DNA of 32,000 nucleotides from Candidatus Thalassarchaeaceae archaeon (GCA_045568075.1 JBJLBP010000001.1:1500001-1532000), one strand, 5' to 3'; counted from the stretch's first letter, positions 16,121-25,790 are shown. The notes: a model not told the origin generated them from the sequence alone. Translations and numbers: made by a program.

Positions 16121-17584
16121 ATGGCGAGCAACACCATACCCGAGGCATTGACCTTCGACGATGTCCTTCTGTTGCCTGCTGAGTCGGCTGTTCTTCCAGC
16201 CGAGGTTGACCTCAAGACGAAGCTGACCAACACCATCGGTCTCAATATCCCGATTATGTCTGCGGCGATGGACACAGTGACAGAATCTCGCATGGCCATC
16301 GCTATCGCCCAAGCCGGCGGAATTGGAGTAATCCACCGAAACATGAGTATTGATGACCAGGCAGCCAAGGTCAACACAGTCAAGCGATTTGAGTCAGGCT
16401 TGGTGCTCGACCCTATCATGGTCACACCAGAAACCACAATCGGTGAGCTGCGCGCGCTAAAGGAAAGGCACGGCTTCTCCGGACTACCGGTAGTCGACGA
16501 AGAAGACAAACTCGTCGGCATCATCACCAACCGCGACATCCGCTTCGTAGCCGACGATAGCATCCTCGTCTCGGAAATGATGACTACAGATCTCGTAACG
16601 GTCCCTGAACACGTCAACCCCGAAGTCGCAAAGAAACTCCTACACCAACACCGAATCGAGAAACTCCTCGTCGTTGACAGCAACGGAAGGTGTACAGGCA
16701 TGATGACCGTGCGAGACATCCAGCGCAGCCGCGACAACCCGGATTCCTGCAAGGACGAGCACGGCCGCCTACGCGTAGCAGCAGCAACCGGTACCGGTGA
16801 GAAGGGTATCGAGCGAGCGATGGCACTCTTCGAAGCCGGCGCCGACGTTGTAGTAGTCGATACAGCCCACGGCCACTCTCACGGAGTCCTCCACACCGTC
16901 GCCCAAATCCGTGAACTGGCGGGCCCAGACGCACAGATTATTGCAGGAAACGTAGCAACTGGAGCAGCTGCAGAAGCACTCATCTCAGCAGGTGCGAACG
17001 CCATCAAGGTCGGCATCGGACCCGGATCAATCTGCACAACCCGTATCGTCTCGGGAGTCGGGGTCCCACAACTCACAGCCGTACAATCAGTTGTAGCCGT
17101 CTGCAAGAAAGCTAGCATTCCAGTAATCGCGGACGGCGGCATCAAGTTTAGCGGTGATATCGCCAAGGCAATCGCTGCCGGCGCTGACTGCGTAATGGTC
17201 GGAAGCGTCCTCGCCGGAACAGACGAAGCACCAGGAGAAGTCATTCTCTACCAAGGGCGCTCATACAAGGTATACCGTGGCATGGGAAGCGTAGGAGCCA
17301 TGAGCAAGGGTGCACATGACAGGTATTTCCAATCCGAGCAGGGTGACACAAGCAAGTATGTCCCAGAAGGAATCGAAGGGAGAGTTCCCGCTCGAGGCCC
17401 GGTCGAACACGTCTTGCACCAACTTGTCGGTGGTCTACGATCATCGATGGGCTACACCGGCAACGGCGACATCGTAGCCATGCGCGAGAATTGCCAATTC
17501 GTCAAGATCACCAACGCGGGTCTCTCCGAATCTCACGTGCACGATGTCGAGATTACCCGTGAAGCGCCGAACTATCGCAGATGA
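16121..17584 (+). CDS. guaB: Inosine-5'-monophosphate dehydrogenase
   Basis: LTFDDVLL.P, an inserted CBS pair, and the catalytic loop [12 protein letters not shown], then VIADGGI..SGDI.KA.AAGA..VM.GS.LAG..E.PGE and GMGS.GAM. Confidence 0.95.
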   Translation: MASNTIPEALTFDDVLLLPAESAVLPAEVDLKTKLTNTIGLNIPIMSAAMDTVTESRMAIAIAQAGGIGVIHRNMSIDDQAAKVNTVKRFESGLVLDPIMVTPETTIGELRALKERHGFSGLPVVDEEDKLVGIITNRDIRFVADDSILVSEMMTTDLVTVPEHVNPEVAKKLLHQHRIEKLLVVDSNGRCTGMMTVRDIQRSRDNPDSCKDEHGRLRVAAATGTGEKGIERAMALFEAGADVVVVDTAHGHSHGVLHTVAQIRELAGPDAQIIAGNVATGAAAEALISAGANAIKVGIGPGSICTTRIVSGVGVPQLTAVQSVVAVCKKASIPVIADGGIKFSGDIAKAIAAGADCVMVGSVLAGTDEAPGEVILYQGRSYKVYRGMGSVGAMSKGAHDRYFQSEQGDTSKYVPEGIEGRVPARGPVEHVLHQLVGGLRSSMGYTGNGDIVAMRENCQFVKITNAGLSESHVHDVEITREAPNYRR

Positions 17585-17595
17585 AATTCTCAGGT

Positions 17596-19683
17596 TCAAG
17601 CGGCTTCAATTGTATAATCAAGAGTAATTAGTTCGACCAAATACTCCACCTCTTCGCCATCATCTGTGTGAGAACAGCCCACTCCTCCACCGGTGTCAAC
17701 TACTACGGTAATATCTAGAGAGTAAGCACCCAAACCAGCATCTCCAACGTCTAGTCCATTGTTGATATCTGATTTCGATACGCCGCTAACATTACCAGTC
17801 ATCGATGCGTTATACCACTCAACAACCACTAGATGGGAGGAAGGCCCTGAACCTGAGTTCTGACCACTTGCTGAAGTATTGTGTTCGTTGTGGACCATTG
17901 TTCCTGTTATGGTGTCTGGATCAGGATTGGATGCACCAGGTAAGTTACACCCTAGACCAGCACTGGTTTCATCTTCTGAATAAGTCAGAGTGACTCTAAC
18001 CCCTACGATATTCAGATCATCTGCATCGTCTACAGAATCAGTGTGCATATCGATAGTCAAGTTCTCTCCATCATTCACATACTCGATACCATCAGCCAAT
18101 TGCTCGCTTGAGAAACTCGCATCAACAAGCCAATCACCCGGTGGACCTCCGCCTGATTCCATTGAATCCGGTCCAGCGAAGGCATAGGTTGCCTCTACTA
18201 CAGTAACTGGTGCTAGAATTACCAGTGCGCCAACCGCTAGTGTTCGAGTGTCGGGCAATTCGTAACGTCCCAGCGGCGAGACATCGGAATTGCGTAATTG
18301 ATGCATTACGAAGTGTGTGATGAAAGCCGCTCCCATTCCTGGAATCGATTCGAATACCTCATCGTTCAATCCTAACAGCCTCCAAGCAATTACGCCTGTC
18401 AAAGCAGCTACCATCATCGCCATCGTGTGGGTAGTATCTGGCTCGTATCCAGCCCAACGGATAATCAAAATCGGCACGAAAATCGAGCCTAGCCCGTAGA
18501 CAGCAAGTACTACCAGAGTGAATACCGAGTCACCTCCGGGCACATACAAACCGAAAATCGAAATTGCTGTGGCAAAGGCAGCCACTACCAACGTCACAAT
18601 CTTAGTTTTCTTGTGATCTTGGCTGATTTCAGGCATGATGTCATCAGTGAATGCTGCGGTACAAGCGAGCACTTGACTGTCGGCTGTCGACATTGTCGCA
18701 GCAAATATGGATGCTAGAATTAAGCCGACCCAGAACGGTCCGAGAGTTTCCATCGCTAACATCGGTAATCCAAGTTCTGGGTCGAACTCGGTCCCAGTGA
18801 AAACCACCCGACTCGCCAGACCGATTATCACCATAATCACGAGGAATGGAGTTTGCCAAGCGAAGAACCACAACATCGCTGTCTTGCGATCTTCGTCTGT
18901 CCCGAGAGTCATCACCCGAGTCACAACCTGAGGCTGTCCAGCGACGCTCAGACCACCCAAGAAAAATGCAAACACCCACAGCGAAACACCCAACCCGAGA
19001 TCAGCTGGAACTATACTCGTGAGATTCGCGTCCTGAGCAGCCAAACCATCGTGCAATCCACCGAATCCACCGATCTCTTGCATCGCTACCCAGCATAGTA
19101 AGCTCGAGCCGACGATCATCACACTCGATTGTGCTGCGTCGGTCCAAATCGAAGCGCGGATTCCGCCCGCATAACAGTAAGCAACAACTAGAACGAATCC
19201 GATGAGAATGCCAACTACCTCTGACCAGCCCAACATAACGTATAGCGCCTTACCGCCACTGGTGAGTTGAGCCGCTGCATATACTGACAGGAATAGAATA
19301 GAAAGCATAGCGGCGAGTTTTGCCTCGGGAGAACCCGTAACCTCGGAAACGAGAGAGGAAAGTGAACGTATACCACGTTCATTTGCTGATTGCTGGATAA
19401 ATTTGTACAACCAAACCCAGGCTACTATTTGCCCTATCATTGAGCCGACTCCGATCCACATTATGGAATAGCCCATGGTGAAAGTAAATCCAATGAAACC
19501 GATGAACATGTAGCCACTATTCCATGTACTAACCGCAGATAATGCAGCCAATGCTGGATGCATTCCACGACCTGCCACGAGGTAGTCATCTGTCGTGTCC
19601 TCCTTGACCCACATACTTGCTAGACCAATGCCTGCAAAAGCAGTCATGAATAGCAAGAATGAGCCGATGAGGATGAGGTCCAT
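17596..19683 (-). CDS. Sodium:solute symporter family (PutP/SSF-like) transporter fused to a ~200-aa C-terminal extracytoplasmic domain
   Basis: The N-terminal ~490 aa are polytopic, with the SSF pattern DYLVAGRGMHPALAALSAVSTWNSGYMFIGFIG. An extra TM follows (TLAVGALVILAPVTVVEATYAF), then a hydrophilic acidic domain with N-x-S/T sequons (NLT, NTS, NAS, NVS). Confidence 0.85.
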   Translation of the reverse strand: MDLILIGSFLLFMTAFAGIGLASMWVKEDTTDDYLVAGRGMHPALAALSAVSTWNSGYMFIGFIGFTFTMGYSIMWIGVGSMIGQIVAWVWLYKFIQQSANERGIRSLSSLVSEVTGSPEAKLAAMLSILFLSVYAAAQLTSGGKALYVMLGWSEVVGILIGFVLVVAYCYAGGIRASIWTDAAQSSVMIVGSSLLCWVAMQEIGGFGGLHDGLAAQDANLTSIVPADLGLGVSLWVFAFFLGGLSVAGQPQVVTRVMTLGTDEDRKTAMLWFFAWQTPFLVIMVIIGLASRVVFTGTEFDPELGLPMLAMETLGPFWVGLILASIFAATMSTADSQVLACTAAFTDDIMPEISQDHKKTKIVTLVVAAFATAISIFGLYVPGGDSVFTLVVLAVYGLGSIFVPILIIRWAGYEPDTTHTMAMMVAALTGVIAWRLLGLNDEVFESIPGMGAAFITHFVMHQLRNSDVSPLGRYELPDTRTLAVGALVILAPVTVVEATYAFAGPDSMESGGGPPGDWLVDASFSSEQLADGIEYVNDGENLTIDMHTDSVDDADDLNIVGVRVTLTYSEDETSAGLGCNLPGASNPDPDTITGTMVHNEHNTSASGQNSGSGPSSHLVVVEWYNASMTGNVSGVSKSDINNGLDVGDAGLGAYSLDITVVVDTGGGVGCSHTDDGEEVEYLVELITLDYTIEAA

Positions 19684-19702
19684 CGGCTCACTGCGTGAGC
19701 CG
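19684..19702 (-). promoter_or_regulatory. 8-bp perfect hairpin abutting the symporter start codon
   Basis: CGGCTCAC-tgc-GTGAGCCG (plus-strand notation) lies immediately 5' of ATG 19683 on the coding strand. Confidence 0.25.
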
Positions 19703-19715
19703 GGGCGATATCAAC

Positions 19716-19734
19716 GATGGGGAGAAGCCCCATC
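19716..19734 (-). terminator. 7-bp GC-rich hairpin 12 nt downstream of the ABC ATPase stop
   Basis: GATGGGG-agaag-CCCCATC. On the transcribed strand it is followed by GTTGATATC. Possible terminator or processing structure between the ABC operon and the symporter. Confidence 0.3.
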
Positions 19735-19746
19735 TCTTGAGCAGAA

Positions 19747-20742
19747 TTATGCTTGCACCATCGGCCTACTAGAACCACAATCAGGACATTGCTGTTCTTC
19801 GCTATCTCCATAATTGTGCTTGCAGGCAGGGCAGGTTTGTGATAGAACGAATTGTTGAGTTTCTGAGACATCAATCTTCTCATCATCTACCCTTTCAAGA
19901 TGCATCAAATCCCTCTCGAGATCTTGCATCTCGAATCGACCCGGACCTCCGACCTTGAGTAAGACATCAGGGGGTAAGGTGACGGTTCCTGTATCGTCGA
20001 TGATTAACTCCCTTGAACCGGATAAATCCCCAATATCGACATCTGTACCATGTTGAGCGATGAATCGACCTTCTCGTAACTCTAGAGAACGCTCACAGAA
20101 CGATGCGACTTCCCTATTGTGGGTCACTAATAGGAAAGCGACGTCTTCCTCTTTGTGCAGTTTCTTGAACAAATCAAGAACCTCACGACTAGTTATTGGA
20201 TCAAGAGCTCCCGTTGGTTCGTCGGCGAGAATAAGCTTTGGATTAGTAATCAAAGCACGGGCAATTGCAACCCTCTGTTGCTCTCCTCCGGAGAGCTCTT
20301 CTGGCATTCCACGGGACCTTTCGCCCATTCCGAGGCGGTCTAGGAGTGCCTGTGCCTTGGACCTTGCAACGCCTGGTAATACCCCCTGGTGACGAAGAGG
20401 TTGAGCGACGTTATCCAAGGCGTTCATGTGAGGAAGTAGATTTGAGTCTTGGAAGATGAAGGAGATTGTGTCCTGACGAAGTTTGACTAGTTCATTTCCT
20501 GTAAGTCTGGTCATCCTTCTTCCAGCCAGTTCAACACCTCCAGCAGATGGCTTCATCAAGCCACCAAGACACTTCAGAAGAGTCGATTTTCCCGAACCAG
20601 AAGGGCCTATCACGGCAACTGCCTCGCCCTCGTAAACAGTGACATGCAGACCTCGAAGTGCGACTACGTTGCCGTCTTCGGCGTTTGAGTCATAGACGTG
20701 ATAGAGTCCGTCTGATTTCAAAATCTCAGCTCTCTCTGTCAT
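19747..20742 (-). CDS. ABC transporter ATP-binding protein (MacB/LolD-type NBD) with C-terminal extension ending in a zinc ribbon
   Basis: Walker A GPSGSGKST, Q-loop, signature LSGGEQQRVAIARAL, Walker B LILADEPTGALD, H-loop VTHN. There is an extra ~100 aa (…TGTVTLPPDVLLKVG… then CPACKHNYGDSEEQQCPDCG). The ATG at 20742 has GGGGAG upstream; the GTG at 20748 overlaps the permease stop. Confidence 0.9.
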   Translation of the reverse strand: MTERAEILKSDGLYHVYDSNAEDGNVVALRGLHVTVYEGEAVAVIGPSGSGKSTLLKCLGGLMKPSAGGVELAGRRMTRLTGNELVKLRQDTISFIFQDSNLLPHMNALDNVAQPLRHQGVLPGVARSKAQALLDRLGMGERSRGMPEELSGGEQQRVAIARALITNPKLILADEPTGALDPITSREVLDLFKKLHKEEDVAFLLVTHNREVASFCERSLELREGRFIAQHGTDVDIGDLSGSRELIIDDTGTVTLPPDVLLKVGGPGRFEMQDLERDLMHLERVDDEKIDVSETQQFVLSQTCPACKHNYGDSEEQQCPDCGSSRPMVQA

Positions 20743-20744
20743 CT

Positions 20745-23700
20745 TCACTCCCCCTTGAGAACCACTGCCAAGTCTGCTTGCAGAGCCCTGCGTGTAGTGT
20801 AAATCAAGGCCATTAGGACTGCGAAGAGAACTGATGCATTGACTAGTGCTAAGTCAAACCACGGCCAGACTAGGTCCCTGTCAATCGGCGCACTCTGACC
20901 TAAGAATATCTGGAAGATGAATCCGAAGACTCCAAAGAATCCGTTGAATGACTCTGCAATTGCGAGCCCGAGAATTACTCCCAGAGCCATGCTTACAGTT
21001 AGAATCGAGAGAATTTCGAACAGAACCAGACGCATTACTTGATTGGGGCTGGCTCCAATTGCCTGTAGAATAGCCAGTTCTCTCTTCCTCTGAGTCAGAA
21101 CGAGAGAGAGGAATACGAATGCAGAAGCGACCGAGGCCAGTGAGGCTACGATGAACTGCAGACTTAGAAGACCTGGCGTACCGAAGATCAATCCACCATT
21201 GCGCTCGTTTTCACGGTGGGCTGTCGACCAATCTTGGGCCGCACTGACTCCTTGACCATTCACAATCTCGGCATTGACTGCTCTCAGGGCGTCAGCACAG
21301 TCCTCGTCTGTCTGGTCGCACAATTCGAAGAACCAGCGTGTCGATGAATAGGCATCTGCCTTGTCGTCGCCTACTAGCTGCCGGTAGGTGGATTCACCGA
21401 TTACTATCGCCTGCTCAGCCTCTGAGGCTGATAGACCGGGGACCCATTGGTGACGTCCCTGATAGTGAACTGTTGACTCGGTAACTGTTGTCGTGATAAC
21501 TAATTCGAAGTCCGGGCCTAATTCAAAGTTGTACTCGGTGTACTCAATTGGCTCTAAACTGCCTAATTCGAGATTCTTGAACACATCTACGGCCGCGGAA
21601 CCGGCGGTGAATGAGCCGCTGGACCACTGTGACACTACCGCGTCTATATCGCTTCCAGGAATTGTCTGAGTATCCCAGATTAGCGTATTCTCGTGGCCGT
21701 CGAAGAGAACCCATGTCCTCACCAGAGAATTCTGGTCCTTCGGATTAGTGAATATGTCAGCAACCGAGGTCATCGAAGCGATATCCGTGATATCACCGTC
21801 CCCAACTCTCTGAATGGCCAGCAACACCTCTTCTCTAGCCTGCTGCTCGGTAACTGAAGAGTCGAACTGCACCTGCAAGTCAGCACCCGTCTGAGCTGAT
21901 GTAGTGCGCTCGTCAACGATTGTGCCTGTGTATCCCTGTACTGCTGCGAGAGTCACTATTGACAGTGTGAGCAGCATAATCACGGCCAAGCGATTGACTG
22001 ATTCAGAAGACCCTGAACCTTTCAGACCTCTTCTGATATCAGAAACCGCGGGTGACCAAGATAGCAACGAGGTGAGTATTCGCGGTCCTGCAGCTCCGAT
22101 TCTACCTAGGACTAAAGCTCCTCCAATCCATAGGAAGAATGGACCGAAAAGGAACAACAGTGCTTCAACGATGAAATTTGAAATCAGACCTCCAGAATCT
22201 ATCGGACCCAAGCCTCCATTACTCTCTATCCAACTCTCAGCATAGGCTAGAAGGCCGATTGTGAAAGAAAGAACATGTAGCCAAGTCCTCGGCTCCTTCT
22301 TCTCTGAAACTCTCCTAACTCCTTCATCAATCTCAATCTTGAGGAACTGCCTAGTCCGAGAATTGCCAAAGAGAAGCGATGCACCCACTGTGAGTAGGAT
22401 GATTACAATGGTTGTAACCAGACTGAGAGTAGGGTTGATGTCTATCCCGCCAGATCTGAATGACATGAAGCCAACCGCATCTAGAACCAAAGGTACAGAG
22501 AGCAATGCGAGAGTGTAGCCAGCAAACCAAGCGAACATGCTGGTAACTGCTAATTCAAGCATTATCATACCCGTGAGAGTTCCCTCTGTTCCACCGATGA
22601 CTCGATGGATTGAGATCTCACGCTTACGCTGTTCAAGAGATAGCACTAGGCCGTAAATCAAAACAGAGAATGATAGTATAACTATCGGAATCATCAGGAT
22701 GTAGTCGAATACCTGAATAATTCCGAGGAATATGTTGAGGAATGTGATTGTGCCTGAAATTAGGTCATTGTACTCGATGAGGATGCCTGCACTGGTGTAG
22801 TTCCCTGCTTCCATCTCTTCCTTTAGGTTGTCAAGCCACTTAGTCGCGTCAGCAGTAGAGGTAGTGGGTAGCTGATTCCGATCCACAGCCAAGCCGAGGT
22901 AGCCGTGGTCGTTGTCCATCAGAATGGTCTTCTGTTCATCGCTGAGTACTGCGTCGGACACCATCAGAGGATTGAACAGCAGGGTCGGATTTCCAGCACC
23001 TCCTTCCTGATAGACTGCAGCGATTGTCAGATTGTGTACGGTCATGGTTACTTGGCAGAACTTGTATGACCTCTCTCCAGTAGCCCAAACGTATTCTTCA
23101 CCTTGGCAGTCCTCAAAGTCATCATTGATATTCACTCCAGTCAGATATCCGGTGATGTAAGTGAAATTGAGCTCCGAGATGGTATCGTTGACGCCCACAC
23201 CCGCGCTGGAGGCAATTTGGGAAGGCAGGACGATTGTTCGATTTGCAGCGGCGTCAGCCGCACTTGATGGCCAACTGCCATAGACGATTCTAGAGTCTTG
23301 ACCTCTTGTAGTGTGTCGCTCACCGAGATCTCCATCCCATATTCCATCACCATAGAATCGGATTGTCCTATCGTCATTAATTGGTGGACCTGATGATAAC
23401 GCCTCGGGATAGTCCCAACTGACATTTTCCCAATTCCCAGTAGGGCCAGAGGCTGAGACTACATTGAGCGGTTGTGGTATGATGAAATCCTCATCAAAGA
23501 AACCGTCCACTCTAACCCCTTGACGACCGTATACAAGGCCGCAGTCGGAGAATTCCTCCATCTCTACGAACTCAACACACAGTGATTCCCAGAGCGCTGA
23601 ATCATTGGTTCTCCCCTCTGCACCCTCGCCCGGGCCTTCAGAGAAATCCACCTTGGCATCGAATATTTCCTCTTGAAGTGAGTACTGCAGGAATGCTTGC

Positions 23701-24002
23701 GACAGCCCCACCCCATAGGCGAGGACAGTGGATATCACTAGGGATGCCAAGAAGACCCCTGCGAACACCGCTAGGACTCTCTCACGACTCCTCCAGGAGC
23801 TTTTCGCAGCCATCACCAGATTGTCTGGCAAGGACAACAAGCGTACCTTCATAGGTAGTTTCTCCATTCTCTCGACTTTTCCACTTCTGATGTCAATGTT
23901 GAACAGCAGGAGGAAATGGGAAATGACTTGGAATGGAAGATAGATGATGAACACGAGAATTTCCCACTCGAACCAGCGGAAACCATAACGACGACGAGCC
24001 AT
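20745..24002 (-). CDS. Fused double FtsX/MacB-type ABC permease (8 TM) with two large extracytoplasmic domains
   Basis: Two FtsX-type modules: ...LSLEQRKREISIHRVIGGTEGTL... and ...LTQRKRELAILQAIGASPNQVM.... Each is preceded by a ~270-330-aa hydrophilic loop rich in N-x-S/T sequons. The ATG at 24002 overlaps the upstream ATPase stop as TAATG; the longest ORF reaches 24032. Confidence 0.85.
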   Translation of the reverse strand: MARRRYGFRWFEWEILVFIIYLPFQVISHFLLLFNIDIRSGKVERMEKLPMKVRLLSLPDNLVMAAKSSWRSRERVLAVFAGVFLASLVISTVLAYGVGLSQAFLQYSLQEEIFDAKVDFSEGPGEGAEGRTNDSALWESLCVEFVEMEEFSDCGLVYGRQGVRVDGFFDEDFIIPQPLNVVSASGPTGNWENVSWDYPEALSSGPPINDDRTIRFYGDGIWDGDLGERHTTRGQDSRIVYGSWPSSAADAAANRTIVLPSQIASSAGVGVNDTISELNFTYITGYLTGVNINDDFEDCQGEEYVWATGERSYKFCQVTMTVHNLTIAAVYQEGGAGNPTLLFNPLMVSDAVLSDEQKTILMDNDHGYLGLAVDRNQLPTTSTADATKWLDNLKEEMEAGNYTSAGILIEYNDLISGTITFLNIFLGIIQVFDYILMIPIVILSFSVLIYGLVLSLEQRKREISIHRVIGGTEGTLTGMIMLELAVTSMFAWFAGYTLALLSVPLVLDAVGFMSFRSGGIDINPTLSLVTTIVIILLTVGASLLFGNSRTRQFLKIEIDEGVRRVSEKKEPRTWLHVLSFTIGLLAYAESWIESNGGLGPIDSGGLISNFIVEALLFLFGPFFLWIGGALVLGRIGAAGPRILTSLLSWSPAVSDIRRGLKGSGSSESVNRLAVIMLLTLSIVTLAAVQGYTGTIVDERTTSAQTGADLQVQFDSSVTEQQAREEVLLAIQRVGDGDITDIASMTSVADIFTNPKDQNSLVRTWVLFDGHENTLIWDTQTIPGSDIDAVVSQWSSGSFTAGSAAVDVFKNLELGSLEPIEYTEYNFELGPDFELVITTTVTESTVHYQGRHQWVPGLSASEAEQAIVIGESTYRQLVGDDKADAYSSTRWFFELCDQTDEDCADALRAVNAEIVNGQGVSAAQDWSTAHRENERNGGLIFGTPGLLSLQFIVASLASVASAFVFLSLVLTQRKRELAILQAIGASPNQVMRLVLFEILSILTVSMALGVILGLAIAESFNGFFGVFGFIFQIFLGQSAPIDRDLVWPWFDLALVNASVLFAVLMALIYTTRRALQADLAVVLKGE

Positions 24003-24712
24003 TATTCCCAGACCCCTCCTTCTTCGCCCCATGCAGAACGGATGTCGGATGCAGCCGTGACCCCGTCCTTCAGCAGCAGCATCCTGTCAGCCATAGATGC
24101 TAGATTGGGATCGTGGGTGACCATCAGTATGGACATGCCGTCCTCCTTGCACAGTTGCTTGAATAGGTCGATTATGCCCAGCCCACTCTTCACGTCGAGG
24201 TTTCCTGTAGGCTCGTCTGCGAGCAGGAGTGGGCGTGAACCTGCAATCGCCCTAGCGATGGCTGCCCTCTGCCTCTGGCCTCCAGACAGTTGGTCAGGGA
24301 TGAATTCCATTCTATCGGAAAGGCCCACCTTCTCGAGAGCTTCTTTCGCCTGTTCCTCGGCCTGCTTTGTCGGTACTCCGGAAAGCTCCAATGAGAAAAT
24401 GACATTATCCAAGGTGCTGAGTCTATCGATTAGATGGAAGTCCTGGAATATCCATCCGACTCCCCTCCTTCTGACATCGACCACCCTGTTAGGAGACTTG
24501 GTTCCGTAATTGAACTCCGAGAGGGATATCGCCCCTGAATCAGCCTTTAGGAGGCCCCCGATTATGTTGAGGAGTGTGGATTTTCCGCAACCCGATGGAC
24601 CCATCAAAGCGACTAACTCACCCGACTTGATTTCGAGATCAATTCCCTTGAGTACCTCAAGCCTCCTTCGACCAGAGCCGAAGCCCTTGTAGAGACTAGA
24701 GACTCTCAGCAT
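24002..24712 (-). CDS. ABC transporter ATP-binding protein (MacB/LolD-type NBD)
   Basis: Walker A GPSGCGKST, signature LSGGQRQRAAIARAI, Walker B LLLADEPTGNLD, H-loop VTHD. 236 aa with no extension. Confidence 0.92.
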   Translation of the reverse strand: MLRVSSLYKGFGSGRRRLEVLKGIDLEIKSGELVALMGPSGCGKSTLLNIIGGLLKADSGAISLSEFNYGTKSPNRVVDVRRRGVGWIFQDFHLIDRLSTLDNVIFSLELSGVPTKQAEEQAKEALEKVGLSDRMEFIPDQLSGGQRQRAAIARAIAGSRPLLLADEPTGNLDVKSGLGIIDLFKQLCKEDGMSILMVTHDPNLASMADRMLLLKDGVTAASDIRSAWGEEGGVWE

Positions 24713-24737
24713 ATGTCGATTCGGCGTAAATCAGTAT

Positions 24738-24743
24738 GTATAA
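24738..24743 (-). promoter_or_regulatory. TATA-like box (TTATAC on the coding strand) 31 nt upstream of the ABC operon ATG
   Basis: It lies in the 46-nt gap after the preceding gene, at -31..-26 relative to ATG 24712, with no SD motif between. Confidence 0.35.
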
Positions 24744-24758
24744 TGTATCGTTTCAATG

Positions 24759-25634
24759 CTATTGAGAAATCACTGCATTCCAAGCCTTCTCCAATGCCCG
24801 CCCATAGGCTCGCAGACCATTGGTATTACGCACTCTTGCAATCGCTTCTTCATCCGGGAATCGCGGCACTCCTCCGGCACTTCGCCATTCATTATGCATA
24901 CTGGAAATCTCATCGGCCCAATCGCGTGGATCTGAAGTCATACAATCGATTGTTGGGCAGCCTGCTGCGGCTGCATGCAGGCTAATTTGAGGATGGAATT
25001 GGCTGCCCTCGCCAAGAATCATGGCCTCAGCGTGTTGCAGTAAAGCAATGATTCTCGGTGGGCTGTCCAGCAAGGCTAATCCTTCAGTAGAACACATGGC
25101 GATAATGTTGCAAGCGGCAGCGGCTTCATCGTCGAGTTCAGCGAGAATCTTCTCGACTTCATCGTCGCTGCCGAGCGCGAGCAGCATCCGAGATTCATCA
25201 TCAACAGAAGCAAGGTGCTCGCGTGGCAAAGCGGTAATTGCCGGGTCGAAGGCATCGACATCGAGACATGGCCCGATAACCGAAGTTCGGCAATTGAGTC
25301 CAGTCGCAAGGGCTTCATCCTCGAGTAAAGATAAATCCACCAAATCGAGATCATCTCTTGCACGCGAGGATAATGGAACATCATCGAGGAAGAGCGAGGC
25401 GGTCGCAGCATATTCTCTCGCCATCGGGGCGAACGCCGCAGCAGCTGCATCGGTGAAGTGGACTAGATCAACCCCTCCGCGAGCCAAAGCCTGACTCAAC
25501 TCCGCAGCGTTGCGAATTGTTGTGGCGCGCGTCCAAAACGGAACGCGCGCGCGGTCGAGCGCGTCTGCAATCATCAGATGACCGTACGATTCAGCGCCCT
25601 CGGACGCGCTCGTAGCCAATATGACCCGTCTCAT
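24759..25634 (-). CDS. Hypothetical protein, possibly a degenerate GT-B-fold glycosyltransferase-like protein
   Basis: ATG start, 291 aa. N-terminal RVILATSA... and C-terminal AEAMILGEGSQFHPQISLHAAAAGCPTI echo the GT1/GT4 layout, but the E-x7-E motif is not intact. It is divergent from two clear GT genes. Confidence 0.4.
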   Translation of the reverse strand: MRRVILATSASEGAESYGHLMIADALDRARVPFWTRATTIRNAAELSQALARGGVDLVHFTDAAAAAFAPMAREYAATASLFLDDVPLSSRARDDLDLVDLSLLEDEALATGLNCRTSVIGPCLDVDAFDPAITALPREHLASVDDESRMLLALGSDDEVEKILAELDDEAAAACNIIAMCSTEGLALLDSPPRIIALLQHAEAMILGEGSQFHPQISLHAAAAGCPTIDCMTSDPRDWADEISSMHNEWRSAGGVPRFPDEEAIARVRNTNGLRAYGRALEKAWNAVISQ

Positions 25635-25666
25635 TCATGGCTCGCCAGAGCCGTGATACTAAGACT

Positions 25667-25699
25667 TCAACGGCCAAAATCGAGAGGCAGAGCCGTTGA
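25667..25699. promoter_or_regulatory. Inverted repeat TCAACGGC-N17-GCCGTTGA in the divergent glycosyltransferase promoter region
   Basis: Perfect 8-nt arms. The left arm abuts a TTAGTA element 28 nt upstream of the minus-strand ATG 25634. Confidence 0.25.
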
Positions 25700-25760
25700 T
25701 TTGAGGGGTTAAGGAGATACCAAGCAGTAGATTCAGAGGGCTGTCAGGAGTGCCGCGTCG

Positions 25761-25766
25761 TTTATC
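25761..25766 (+). promoter_or_regulatory. TATA-like box (TTTATC) 30 nt upstream of ATG 25791
   Basis: Identical hexamer and spacing to the one at 13986. Confidence 0.35.
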
Positions 25767-25790
25767 AGAACACGAAGTGGGAGCGGAACT

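Noticed and set aside
15619-16752. 377-aa ORF on the minus strand spanning the protease/guaB region
   Set aside because: It is antisense to the unmistakable guaB CDS and overlaps the protease gene. Its translation is S/R/T-rich low complexity with no motifs. This is the typical shadow ORF of a GC-rich gene.
23916-24509. 197-aa plus-strand ORF
   Set aside because: It is antisense to the ABC ATPase, which has complete Walker A/B and signature motifs. This is a shadow ORF.
25021-25494. 157-aa plus-strand Ser/Ala-rich ORF and the 124-aa alternative minus-frame ORF
   Set aside because: Both are low-complexity translations inside the 291-aa minus-strand gene, with no independent support.
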